Shown here piece by piece: positions 49,177 through 62,433 of a stretch of 64,000 bases of DNA. Position 1 is the stretch's first letter. Each line of letters opens with the position of its first letter. The position numbers and the translations under genes are program-made. Origin of the DNA: Heptranchias perlo (taxonomy: Eukaryota); contig NC_090363.1 in the NCBI RefSeq assembly GCF_035084215.1, forward strand, positions 6,696,001 to 6,760,000. The letters run 5' to 3'. A model generated the notes under the pieces. The model made no database searches, had not been told where the DNA came from, and worked only from the letters and a program-made list of their open reading frames with translations.

Positions 49177-49964
49177 TCTAATGTAGGAAACAGGCCAGCC
49201 AATTTGCGCACAGCAAGATCCCACAAACAGCAATGAGATAAATGACCAGATGATCTGTTTTATTGATGTGGGTTGAGGGATAAATATTGGCCCAGGACAC
49301 CGAGGAGAACTCCCCTTGCTCTTCTTCGAAATGTTAAGGCAGCCTCTGAGCAAGCGCAATTGCAGGAAACTCGCGTACGGAGCTCGGTGACTTGGAGGCG
49401 GGGCCAGTTTCACGGGCGGCGTTGCGTCCGGGACCGATTGACGGGCGTAAAAGACCGAGGAGATTTGGGGCGAGTTGCACTTACGCCCGTAACTCGCTCA
49501 TGCCTAAAATTCCGCGATCTTTTAAGCAGCGTAATTGGATCGCACCCAGGACGCACAAAATTCAAGGCCAAACATAGATTTATTAAAATTAAGTTCTTAC
49601 AGTTCAAGAAACACTTAACATTCATTCTCCCAATCACTGTATGTCTTCAGTCCAAACTGATTCCTTTGCTGTCACCCAGTGGCTTCAAGCTGCCTGACTC
49701 ACTGTTAAAAAGCACTGAGCTAATGAGTTCGGAGCTAAAGTCAAGCAGGCAGATTACAATCGTAAGGCTAGATCACTGCTCCACCTACTGATGTAACTGG
49801 TACTGCAGGTAAACGTCGAAGGAGAGAACTTAAATTTATATAGCGCCTTTCACAACCTCAGGACGTCCCAAAGCGCTTTACAGCCAATTAACTATTCTCT
49901 TGAAGTGTAATCATTGTTTTACTGTAGGGAAATGCAGCAGTTAAATTGTGCACAGCAAGGTCCC

Positions 49965-50585
49965 GCTGAGTATATGCTGCAGTTATATAAGGTATTGGTG
50001 AGACCGCACCTGGAATACTGCATACAGTTTTGGTCTCCATACTTAAGAAAAGACATACTTGCTCTCGAGGCAGTACAAAGAAGGTTCACTCGGTTAATCC
50101 CGGGGATGAGGGGGTGGACATATGAGGAGAGGTTGAGTAGATTGGGACTCTACTCATTGGAGTTCAGAAGAATGAGAGGCGATCTTATTGAAACATATAA
50201 GATTGTGAAGGGGCTTGATCGGGTGGATGCGGTAAGGATGTTCCCAAGGATGGGTGAAACTAGAACTAGGGGGCATAATCTTAGAATAAGGGGCTGCTCT
50301 TTCAAAACTGAGATGAGGAGAAACTTCTTCACTCAGAGGGTAGTAGGTCTGTGGAATTTGCTGCCCCAGGAAGCTGTGGAAGCTACATCATTAAATACAT
50401 TTAAAACAGAAATAGACAGTTTCCTAGAAGTAAAGGGAATTAGGGGTTACGGGGAGCGGGCAGGAAATTGGACATGAATTTAGATTTGAGATTAGGATCA
50501 GATCAGCCATGATCTTATTGAATGGCGGAGCAGGCTCGAGGGGCCGATTGGCCTATTCCTGCTCCTATTTCTTATGTTCTTATGT
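49965..50585 (+). mobile_element. Young CR1 3' fragment inserted in a SINE
   Basis: MLQLYKVLVRPHLEYCIQFW ORF and a (TTCTTATG)n tail. The host SINE resumes at the duplicated GTCCC. Confidence 0.85.
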
Positions 50586-51394
50586 CCCACAAACAGCAAT
50601 GAGAGAAATAACCATATAAGATGTTTTTAGGTGTTGTTTAATGGATAATTATTGGCCAGGACACAGGGGGGATCTCCCCTGCTTTCCTTTGATGTAGTGC
50701 TGTGGGATCTCTTACATCTACCTGAGAGGGCAGACAGGCCCTTGGTTTAACGTCTCATCCGAAAGCTGGTTTGCTTTGGCTGATTTGGGTGTCCGTGTAC
50801 ACAAATCATTACGACCTAGTGGACAGGTGCAAAAAGTACTCAAAAAGGCTGATGGAACGCTGGCCTTTATCTCAAGAGGGCTGGAATTAAAAAGTGAGGA
50901 AACGATGGTCAGACCCCCCTCTGGAGCACTGCGTTCAATTTTGGGCACCGAACCTCATTAAAGATATCTCGGCCTCGGAGGGGAGGGGGGTGCAGCGCAG
51001 ATTCACCAGACTGATACCGGGGCTTAAAGGGTTAAATTATGAGGAGACGTTGCATAAACTTGGTTATTATTCCCTCAACTATAGGAGATTGAGCGGAGAT
51101 CTGATCGAGGTGTTTAAAATGGCATTCGATAGGGTAGAATCAAGAACAAGGGGGACAATCGTAACATTAGAGCTAAACCTTTCAGCAGTGAAATCAGGAA
51201 GCACTTTTTCACACAAGGGCCCAGGAATGAGTTTAGGCCGGATTTGATGCCCCGAATGGGTGCAGGGAACGAAGACGGATTTGGAGCCCGAGGATCGTGA
51301 CAATTAAGGTCCTCGGGCCACATCTACGTAATCGCGGTGAGCCACTGCCACCTCCACCCATCTGAAGAATTCAATTCAGGGCAGCCTGCCTCGC

Positions 51395-52162
51395 TTCAAT
51401 ATAGATAAGTGTGAGGGGGTGCATTTTGGTAAGAAGAGTAAAGAGGCCACGTACTCATTGGAAAATAAGATTCACAAATCATTAAAAGTAGTAATGCAGG
51501 TTAACAAGGCCACAAAAAAGGCAAACCAAGCACTGGGGTTCATTTCTAGAGAAAAGGAATTCAAAAGCTGAGAAGTTATGTTAAACTTATATTGAACCTT
51601 GGTTCGACCACATTGTGCACAGTTCTGGTCTCCGTATTACAAAAAAGGATATAGAGGCACTGGAGAAGGTGCAAAAAAGATTTACAAGGACGATACCAGA
51701 ACTGAGAGGTTATAATGATCAGGAAAGATTGAACACGTTTGTGCTGTTTTTTCTAGAGGAGAGAAGGCTGAGAGGTGACCTAATAGAGGTCTTTATAATT
51801 ATGAAAGGGTTCGATAGGGTAGTCCTAGAAAAGATGTTTCCTCTTGTGGGGGCATCCAAAGCTAGGGGCCATAAATATAAGATAGTCACCAATAAATCCA
51901 ATAAGGAATTCAGCAGAAACTTCTTCTTAACTCAGAGAGTGGTGAGAATGTGGAACTCGCTACCACATGCAGTAGTTGAGGCAAATAGCATAGATGCCTT
52001 TAAGGGGCAGCTAGATAAACACATGAGGGAGAAAGGAATGAAAGAATATGTTGATAAGGTGAGACAAAGTAAATAGAGTGGGAGGAGGCTCATGTAGAGC
52101 AGACACACCGTCATAGACTGGTTGGGCCAAATGGCCTGTTTATGTGCTGTAAATTCTATGTA
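51395..52162 (+). mobile_element. CR1 3' fragment
   Basis: KDIEALEKVQKRFTR...TQRVVRMWNSLP motifs. Confidence 0.8.
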
Positions 52163-52506
52163 ACTGAACTATACTATGGTGCCAAGTTTATTTCCTGTTA
52201 CAGTTGATCTAAATACCCCTGGTCTACAGGGGGAAGAATCGGGCAGGTTCCCACTGCTGATCAGTGTGCCCTACTGGAACGTGTGTGTGTGTGTGAAGTA
52301 GGAGTCGGCTGTGATGCCCCAATAGTCGAATATTCTGGTGACACTATGGTCAAGGCTGGCTCATGAGAGTGGCCAGTTGGCTGAGGCACCAGAGTTCTGC
52401 TCCACGCCCATGGAGCTATATTTGGGCTCCAATCAGTGCCGTTGGGTGAAAGAAATAGGAAAAAATTGGCGGCAAGAAAGGCTGAAGTTAACAAATTAAT
52501 TCTCAA

Positions 52507-53201
<695 letters not shown>

Positions 53202-53240
53202 AAATCACCGCCTCGACCCACAGCAACACGCACACAAAAC

Positions 53241-53280
53241 GGCTCTTTTCAGAGCCACCACACCCGACACAGAAAGGGCG
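53241..53280 (+). terminator. Histone 3' stem-loop and purine-rich downstream element (U7 site)
   Basis: GGCTCTTTTCAGAGCC at 53241-53256, then AGAAAGGG at about 53271-53278. Confidence 0.95.
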
Positions 53281-53699
53281 GCAATTGCTGGGGAACAATT
53301 CATTTGGGTGAAAACTAGTCTCTCAATTTATAAAATGGCGAATTAAATAGGTTTCAGTCTAATATCACAATAGTTAATACAAACTCGAGGAACGACACCT
53401 GATCTTTCGATTTTACAGCCTTCTGGCCACAACTTTAAAACATTTGGTTCATAACCATCCCAACTATTTTCTCGGTCAGCAGGCGCTGGTAATGGTTCTG
53501 TCACCGTTTACACCTGGACCCATCTTGGTTTTCAGACTTGCCCCATTACCATCCCCTTTTTGCTACGGACCATTGTCCCTTTTTGTCATTTAATCACTCA
53601 CTCCTGCCCTCACAGACCTTTCCCTTTCATAATTTCCCTGGCTCTGCAGTTGCTCAAAAACTGTTTAATCTCTTAAATTCTTCCAGGTCGCCAACCTTC

Positions 53700-55043
53700 C
53701 ATCAAGGCTCAATCGTCAGCAAAGTCATGGAAGGTGTCGTCGACAGTGCTATCAAGCGGCACTTACTCACCAATAACCTGCTCACCGATGCTCAGTTTGG
53801 GTTCCGCCAGGACCACTCGGCTCCAGACTTCATTACAGCCTTGGTCCAAACATGGACAAAAGAGCTGAATTCCAGAGGTGAGGTGAGAGTGACTGCCCTT
53901 GACATCAGGGCAGCATTTGACCAAGTGTGGCACCAAGGAGCTCGAGTAAAATTGAAGTCAATGGGAATCAGGGGGAAAACTCTTCAGTGGCTGGAGTCAT
54001 ACCTAGCACAAAGGAAGATGGAAGTGGTTGTTGGAGGCCAATCATCTCAGCCCCAGGACATTGCTGCAGGAGTTCCTCAGGGCAGTGTCCGAGGCCCAAC
54101 CATCTTCAGCTGCTTCATCAATGACCTTCCCTCCATCATAAGGTCAGAAATGGGGATGTTTGCTGATGATTGCACAGTGTTCAGTTCCATTCGCAACCCC
54201 TCAAATAATGAAGCAGTCCGTGCCCGCATGCAGCAAGACCTGGACAACATCCAGGCTTGGGCTGATAAGTGGCAAGTAACATTCGTGCCAGGCAATGACA
54301 TCTCCAACAAGAGAGAGTCTAACCAACTCCCCTTGACATTCAACGGCATTATCATCGCCGAATCCCCCACCATCAACATCCTGGGGGTCACCATTGACCA
54401 GAAACTTAACTGGACCAGCCATATAAATACAGTGGCTACAAGAGCAGGTCAGAGGCTGGGTATTCTGCGGCGAGTGACTCACCTCCTGACTCCCCAAAGC
54501 CTTTCCAGGCACAGGTCAGGAGTCTGATGGAATACTCTCCACTTGCCTGGACGAGTGCAGCTCCAACAACACTCAAGAAGCTCGACACCATCCAGGACAA
54601 AGCAGTCCGCTTGATTGGCACCCCATCCACCACCCTAAACATTCACTCCCTTCACCACCGGCGCACCGTGGCTGCAGTGTGTACCATCCACAGGATGCAC
54701 TGCAGCAACTCGCCAAGGCTTCTTCGACAGCACCTCCCAAACCCACGACCTCTACCACCTCGAAGGACAAGAACAGCAGGCACATGGGAACAACACCACC
54801 TGCACGTTCCCCTCCAAGTCACACACCATCCCGACTTGGAAATATATCGGCCGTTCCTTCATCGTCACTGGGTCAAAATCCTGGAACTCCCTTCATAACA
54901 GCACTGTGGGAGAACCTTCACCACACGGACTGCAGTGGTTCAAGAAGGCAGCTCACCACCACCTTCTCAAGGGCAATTAGGGATGGGCAATAAATGCCGG
55001 CCTTGCCAGCGACACCCACGTCCCATGAACGAATAATAAAAAA
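53700..55043 (+). mobile_element. Non-LTR retrotransposon (CR1/L2 clade) RT fragment
   Basis: QFGFR, ALDIRAAFD, VPQGSVRGP and MFADD motifs, with a ...CCCATGAACGAATAATAAAAA tail. Shorter copies lie at 5872-6312, 32610-33205, 40472-41070(-), 58482-59050(-) and 62845-63175. Confidence 0.88.
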
Positions 55044-55044
55044 T

Positions 55045-56312
55045 ATCAGGGACAGTCCGCATGGATTTGTTAAGGGAAGGCCGTGTCTAACTAAATTGAT
55101 TGAATTTTTCTAGGAGGTAACTGGGAGGGTCGATGAGGGTAAAGTGTTTGATGCACTTTACATGGATTTTGTCAAGGTCCCATATGGCACAGGTCAAAAA
55201 AGTGAAAGGCCATGGGATCCAAGGGAAAGTGGCAAATTAGATACAAAAATGGGTCAGTGGCAGGAAGCAAAGGCTAATGATCGGGTGTTTTTGTGAGGAA
55301 GGCTGTTTCCAGTGGGGTTCCGCAGGGCTCAGTACTAGGTCCCTTACTTTTTGTGGTATATATTAATGCTTCAGACTTAAATGTAGGGAGCATGATTAAG
55401 AAGTTTACAGATGATACAAAAATTGGCCATGTCGTTGATAGGAGGATAGCTGTGGACTGCAGGAAGACTGCAACGGACTGGTCAGGTGGGCAGAAAAGTG
55501 GCAAATGCAATTCAATCTGGAGAAGTGTGAGGTAATGCATTTGGGGAGGGCAAACAAGGCAAGGGAATACACAATAAATGGGAGGATACTGAGAGATGTA
55601 GACGAACAGAGGGACCTTGGAGTGCATAGCCACCGATCCCTGAAGGTAGCAGCACAGGTAGATAAAGTGGTTAAGAAGGCAGATGGGCTACCTTCCTTAG
55701 CCGAGGGGATGGAATATAAGACCAGGGAGGTTACGCTAGAACTGTATAAAACACTAGTTCGGTCACAGCTTGAGTACTGTGTACAGTTCTGGTCACATTA
55801 CAGGAAGGATGTGATTGCACTAGAGAGGGTACAGAGGAGATTTACGAAGATGTTGCCAGGACTGGAGAATTGTAGCTATGGGGAAGATTGGATAGGATAG
55901 GCTGGGGTTGTTTTCTTTAGAACACAGGAGGCTGAGGGGAGATTTAATTGAGGTGTATAAAATTGAGGTGCCTCGATAGTGAATAGGAAGGACCTATTTC
56001 TCTTAGCAGAGAGGTCAATAACCAGGGGGCATAGATTTAAAGTGATTGGTAGAAGGATTAGAGGGGAGCTGAGGAGAATTTTTTTCACTCAGTGGATGGT
56101 GGGGGTCTGGAACTCACTGAATCAAAGGGTGGTAGAGGCAGAAACCCTCAACACATTTAAAAGGTACTTGGATGTGCACCTGAAGTGAAATAACCTGCAA
56201 GGCTACGGACCAAGTGCCGGAAAATGGGATTAGGCCTGATGGCTCTTTTTCGGCCGGCAGAGACACGATGGGCCGAACGGCCTCCTTCTGTGCTGTAAAT
56301 TTCTATGATTCT
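55045..56312 (+). mobile_element. Degenerate CR1 LINE
   Basis: GVPQGSVLGPLLF, KFTDDTK and LEYCVQFW motifs with frameshifts, and a TTCTATGA tail. Confidence 0.85.
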
Positions 56313-56496
56313 ATGACCTGAAATGTTGACTCTGTTTCTCTCTCTCCGCAGATGCTGCCCTGACCCGTTGAGTGTTTTCCAGCATTTTCTGTACAATGAA
56401 ATGAACCAGTCACTTCATCCCCTGGTCTGGACGCGTGCTATCCCTTACTGGGAGTTTGCTATGGCTGGGCCGTTTGTTGCCCTTTTCACACAAATA

Positions 56497-56960
56497 CATA
56501 TAGGAACAGGAGTAGGCCATTCAGCCCCTCGTGCCTGCTCCGCCATTTGATAAGATCATGGCTGATCTGTGATCTAACTCCATATACCTGCCTTTGGCCC
56601 ATATCCCTTAATACCTTTGGTTGCCAAAAAGCTATCTATCTCACATTTAAATTTAGCAATTGAGCTAGTATCAATTGCCGTTTGCGGAAGAGAGTTCCAA
56701 ACTTCTACCACCCTTTGTGTGTAGAAATGTTTTCTAATCTCGCTCCTGAAAGGTCTGGCTCTAATTTTTAGACTGTGCCCCCTACTCCTAGAATCCCCAA
56801 CCAGCGGAAATAGTTTCTCTCCATCCACCCTGTCCGTTCCCCTTAATATCTTATAAACTTCGACCAGATCTACCCCTTAACCTTCGAAACTCCAGAGAAT
56901 ACAACCCCGATTTGTGTGACCTCTCCTCGTAACTTAACCCTTGAAGTCCGGGTATCATCA
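56497..56960 (-). mobile_element. CR1 3' fragment directly upstream of H2B
   Basis: KLFPLVGDSRSRGHSLKIR...FYTQRVVEVWNSL, same subfamily as 45316-46085. Confidence 0.85.
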
Positions 56961-57015
56961 TTCCAGTAAACACTCCCTCCAATGCCTTTTTTGATCCAAA
57001 GCGGATGACCTCTCA

Positions 57016-57194
57016 TTGGTCCACGTTGAATCCCATTTGCCCCGTCTATTGATGGATTTTGAGCCACCTTGAGATTGCAGCTGCTGAGCCCAACCTCCAA
57101 TCACGTGAGCCTCCGCCCGACCCCCCCCGCCGGTAGCCAATGGGGAAAGCGGCGCCCCCCCTGATCCCTCATTAGCATATCGGGTCTATATAAA
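57016..57194 (+). promoter_or_regulatory. H2B promoter
   Basis: TATATAAA at 57187, octamer-like ATTAGCAT at 57171 (canonical H2B box is ATTTGCAT), CCAAT at about 57097 and 57138, reverse ATTGG at about 57016. Confidence 0.75.
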
Positions 57195-57252
57195 GCGCCG
57201 CTGCCTGCAGCCGCCCGCTGGCAGAAGTCTTGGGGCGGCGATAGTCGGAGCG

Positions 57253-57630
57253 ATGCCGGAGAGCGCGACCAAGGTCATCGCCAAGAAAGGCGCCAAGAAA
57301 GCGGCCTCCAAGTCCCACCACAAGGGCGACAAGAAGCGGAGGAAGGCCCGCAAGGAGAGCTACGGCATCTACGTCTACAAGGTGCTGAAGCAGGTGCACC
57401 CGGACACGGGCATCTCCTCCAAGGCCATGAGCATCATGAACTCGTTCGTCAACGACGTCTTCGACCGCATCGCCTGCGAGGCTTCCCGCCTGGCCCACTA
57501 CAGCCGGCGGCACACCATGTCCTCCCGGGAGATCCAGACCGCCGTCCGCCTCCTGGTGCCCGGCGAGCTGGCCAAGCACGCCGTGTCCGAGGGCACCAAG
57601 GCGGTCACCAAGTACACCAGCTCCAAGTGA
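57253..57630 (+). CDS. H2B: Histone H2B, divergent variant
   Basis: 125-aa ORF with [26 protein letters not shown]...[26 protein letters not shown] and octamer-like box upstream, stem-loop downstream. Confidence 0.97.
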   Translation: MPESATKVIAKKGAKKAASKSHHKGDKKRRKARKESYGIYVYKVLKQVHPDTGISSKAMSIMNSFVNDVFDRIACEASRLAHYSRRHTMSSREIQTAVRLLVPGELAKHAVSEGTKAVTKYTSSK

Positions 57631-57705
57631 AGGCAGTCAAACCCCCCCCTCCCCCCGCCCGCCCCCCCCCCCCCCCAAATACCTCCCCAAACCCCACCAA
57701 ACAAC

Positions 57706-57749
57706 GGCTCTTTTCAGAGCCAAACACCACCCTCTCCAGCAGAGAGCTG
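57706..57749 (+). terminator. Histone 3' stem-loop and downstream element of H2B
   Basis: GGCTCTTTTCAGAGCC at 57706-57721, AGAGAGCTG at 57741-57749. Confidence 0.95.
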
Positions 57750-59633
57750 TTTCCAAGCTGATTAGTTTATCCTTTATTTTAAAAAAACATTTCGGGTGCG
57801 TTTTGATTACAATTTTTGGTGCTATTCGTCTTTCTTCCCCATTATCTGAAAATAAATATTAATTAAAATTTGCCAAGTTGGCAACTGGATGGTAAAAGGG
57901 TGAAAAAAAAAATTGCCCAGCCAGTAGTTGTGATCTTGAATGCACTGCCGCTGAAAGGGTGCTGGATAAATGGTCTAAAATGGAGTAATGTGTCTGACTC
58001 CGGGCGCCACGCTTTAGGAAGGATGTCAAGTCCTCGGAGAGGGTGCAGAGGGGATTCGACAGGACGGTACCAGGGATGAGGGTTTTTCAGTTACGTGGAT
58101 AGATTGGAGAAGCTGGGGTTTGTTCTCCTTCGGGCAGGGAAGGTGAAGGGGAGATTTGATAGAACATGAGAACTAGGAGCTGTGCGGCCCCTCGAGCCTG
58201 CTCCGCCATTCAGTCAGATCATGGCTGATCTTCAACCTCAACTCCACTTTCCCGCCCCTTAATTCCCCAAATCTCTCGATTCCCTTAGTGTCCAAAAATC
58301 TATCGATCTCAGTCTTGAATATACTCGACAACTGAGCATCCACAGCCCTCTGCGGTAGAAAATTCCAAAGATTCACCATCCTCTAAGTGAAGAAATTCCT
58401 CATCTCAGTCCTAAATGTCTGACCCTTTATCCTGAGACTATGACCCCTTGTTCTGGACTCTCCAACCAAGGGAAACAGCCTTTTTTTATTCGTTCATGGG
58501 ATGTGGGCGTCGCTGGCGAGGCCAGCATTTATTGCCCATCCCTAATTGCCCTTGAGAAGGTGGTGGTGAGCCGCCTTCTTGAGCCGCTGCAGTCCGTGTG
58601 GTGAAGGTTCTCCCACAGTGCTGTTAGGAAGGGAGTTCCAGGATTTTGACCCAGTGACGATGAAGGAACGGCCGATATATTTCCAAATCGGGATGGTGTG
58701 TGACTTGGAGGGGAACGTGCAGGTGGTGTTGTTCCCATGTGCCTGCTGCTCTTGTCCTTCTAGGTGGTAGAGGACGTGGGTTTGGGAGGTGCTGTTGAAG
58801 AAGCCTTGGCGAGTTGCTGCAGTGCATCCTGTGGATGGTACACACTGCAGCCACGGTGCGCCGGTGGTGAAGGGAGTGAATGTTTAGGGTGGTGGATGGG
58901 GTGCCAATCAAGCGGGCTGCTTTGTCCTGGATGGTGTCGAGCTTCTTGAGTGTTGTTGGAGCTGCACTCATCCAGGCAAGTGGAGGGTATTCCATCACAC
59001 TCCTGACTTGTGCCTTGTAGATGGTGGAAAGGCTTTGGGGAGTCAGGAGGTGATGCCTCTCAGTATCTTTCCCCATAGCTGGATTGTTTTGGGTAGTGAG
59101 TTATGAAGCAGATTCAATAACTTTCCCTTTTGCAAGTCATTATTGAATCTGCTTCATAACTCAGTCCAAAAAAATTCTCATCTCGCCACTTCTGCCAATT
59201 ATTTTAAATCTAGGTCCACTGGTTAACAACCCTTCCATCACTGGAAAGAGTTTCACTATTTACTGTCAAAACCCTTCATAACTTGGAACACCTCTGAAAT
59301 CTCCCCTTAAACTTCTCTGCTGTAAAAACCATCCCAGCTTCTCCACACCAACTAAAGTCACTCATCCCTGGTACCTTTCTGGAAAATCTCTTTCAGACTC
59401 TAAAAGGACAGAACATCTTTCTCAAGTGTGGTGCCCAGATTTTAATACAATACTCTCGCTGAATTATAACCATTGGTTATTTGCAAACCAGTTATTAATA
59501 CCAGGTGATGAGCCACCTCTTTGACCAAACTTTTGATCACCTGTCCTAACTCATGTGGCGTTAAAATAGTTTTGATAGTCGCTCCGGGGATGTTATTCCG
59601 AATTAAAAAGGGACACTGGATCGATGCAAGCGG

Positions 59634-59674
59634 TTTCTCTTTCTGTGTCGGGTGTGGTGGCTCTGAAAAGAGCC
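59634..59674 (-). terminator. Histone 3' stem-loop and downstream element of the second H3
   Basis: The reverse complement of 59659-59674 is GGCTCTTTTCAGAGCC. AGAAAGAGAAA follows on the minus strand. Confidence 0.95.
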
Positions 59675-59713
59675 GTTTTGTGTGCGTGTTGCTGTGGGTC
59701 GCGGCGGTGATTT

Positions 59714-60420
<707 letters not shown>

Positions 60421-61287
60421 TGAGAATTAATTTGTTAACTTCAGCCTTTCCTCCTGTCACTTTTTCGAGTTCTTCTTTCAAAGGCCCTGATTGGGGCCGA
60501 GATACACCATCTATGGGTGTTTCTTTGGTCACTCTCATGTGCCACTCTAAACCATGGTGTCACTAGCATATTTGGCCGTGGGGGGCATCACAGCCCCAGG
60601 GCCGTTAATCATAGAATCGTAATGCACAGAAAGTGGCAATTAGAACATAAGAAATAGGAGCAGGAGTCGGCCATACGGCCCCTCGATTCTGCTCCGCCCG
60701 ATCCCCATATCCCTTGATTCCCTTAGAGTCCAAAAATCTATAGTCAAAGACTGAGCATCCACAGCCCTCTGGGGTAGAGAATTCCAGAGATTCTGAGTAA
60801 ACTCTTCCGAGTGAAGAAATTCCTCCTCATCCTGGTCTTAAATGTCCGACCCCTCGTCCTGAGACTGCGACCCCTTGTTCTAGACTCGGCCAGGGGAAAC
60901 AGCCTCTCAGTATCGACCATTGCCGGCTCCTTGAGAGAGAGAGCCAATTGTGTAGTCGACACACACCATCCAGCAGGGCTCACTGAACGGTGATCAGGAT
61001 TCGTTCCCTCTGTAGACCAGGGGCACTTCGGCCACCTGTAGAGCCATTGCGACCAGCCTTACTGAGATCAGAGGACTCAGCACCAACCAGTAAATAAACA
61101 TGCCAGCTTCTGGTCCGAATGGCTCGGTTAGAACTCACTGAATAAATATAAAATAATGTAGACTTGAAGCTTTAAAATGGGAATAAGTAAGGTTCACTTT
61201 TTGCAACCTCTAACAAAATAAAAGCAACTGTTTAAATACAGCAGCACATTTCTGATGTAAGAATGGTGCTCTAATGGGGCATTAACC

Positions 61288-62433
61288 TTGTTACATAAGG
61301 TTAAATCTCATGGGATCCAAGGTGAGGTAGCCAATTGGATACAAAATTGGCTTGACGACAGAAGACAGAGGGTGGTTGTAGAGGGTTGTTTTTCAAACTG
61401 GATGCCTGTGTCCAGCGGTGTGCCTCAGGGATCGGTGCTGGGTCCGCTGTTATTTGTTATTTATATTAATGATTTGGATGAGAATTTAGGAGGCATGGTT
61501 AGTAAGTTTGCAGATGACACCAAGATTGGTGGCATTGTGGACAGTGAAGAAGGTTATCTGGGATTGCAACGGGATCTTGATCAATTGGGCCAGTGGGCCG
61601 ATGAATGGCAGATGGAGTTTAATTTAGATAAATGTGAGGTGATGCATTTTGGTAGATCGAATCGGGCCAGGACCTACTCCGTTAATGGTAGGGCGTTGGG
61701 GAGAGTTATAGAACAAAGAGATCTGGGAGTACAGATTCATAGCTCCTTGAAAGTGGAGTCACAGGTGGATAGGGTGGTGAAGAAGGCATTCGGCATGCTT
61801 GGTTTCATTGGTCAGAACATTGAATGCAGGAGTTGGGATGTCTTGTTGAAGTTGTACAGGGCATTGGTGAGGCCACACTTGGAGTACTGTGTACAGTTCT
61901 GGTCACCCTATTATAGAAAGGATATTATTAAACTAGAAAGAGTGCAGAAAAGATTTACTAGGATGCTACCGGGACTTGATGGTTTGACTTACAGGGAGAG
62001 GTTAGACAGACTGGGACTTTTTTCCCTGGAGAGTAGGAGGTTTAGGGGTAATCTTATAGAAGTCTATAAAATAATGAGGGGCATAGATAAGGTCGATAGT
62101 CAAAATCTTTTCCCAAAGGTAGGGGAGTCTATAACGAGGGGGCACAGATTTAAGGTGAGAGGGGAGAGATACAAAAGGGTCCAGAGGGGCAATTTTTTTC
62201 ACTCAAAGGGTGGTGAGTGTCTGGAACGAGCTGCCAGAGGCAGTAGTAGAGGCGGGTACAATTTTGTCTTTTAAAAAGCATTTGGACAGTTACATGGGTA
62301 AGATGGGTATAGAGGGATATGGGCCAAGTGCAGGCAATTGGGACTAGCTTAGTGATATAAACTGGGCGACATGGACATGTTGGGCCGAAGGGCCTGTTTC
62401 CATGTTGTAAACTTCTATGATTCTATGATTCTA
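61288..62433 (+). mobile_element. 5'-truncated CR1 LINE (RT C-terminal region)
   Basis: VPQGSVLGPLLF...KFADDTK...LEYCVQFWSP motifs, a frameshift near 62200 and a (TTCTATGA)n 3' tail. Confidence 0.92.

Noticed and set aside
53538-54527. 329-aa RT ORF as a host gene or active element
   Set aside because: 5'-truncated, no endonuclease domain, frameshifted at the 3' end. It is a dead retrotransposon copy.
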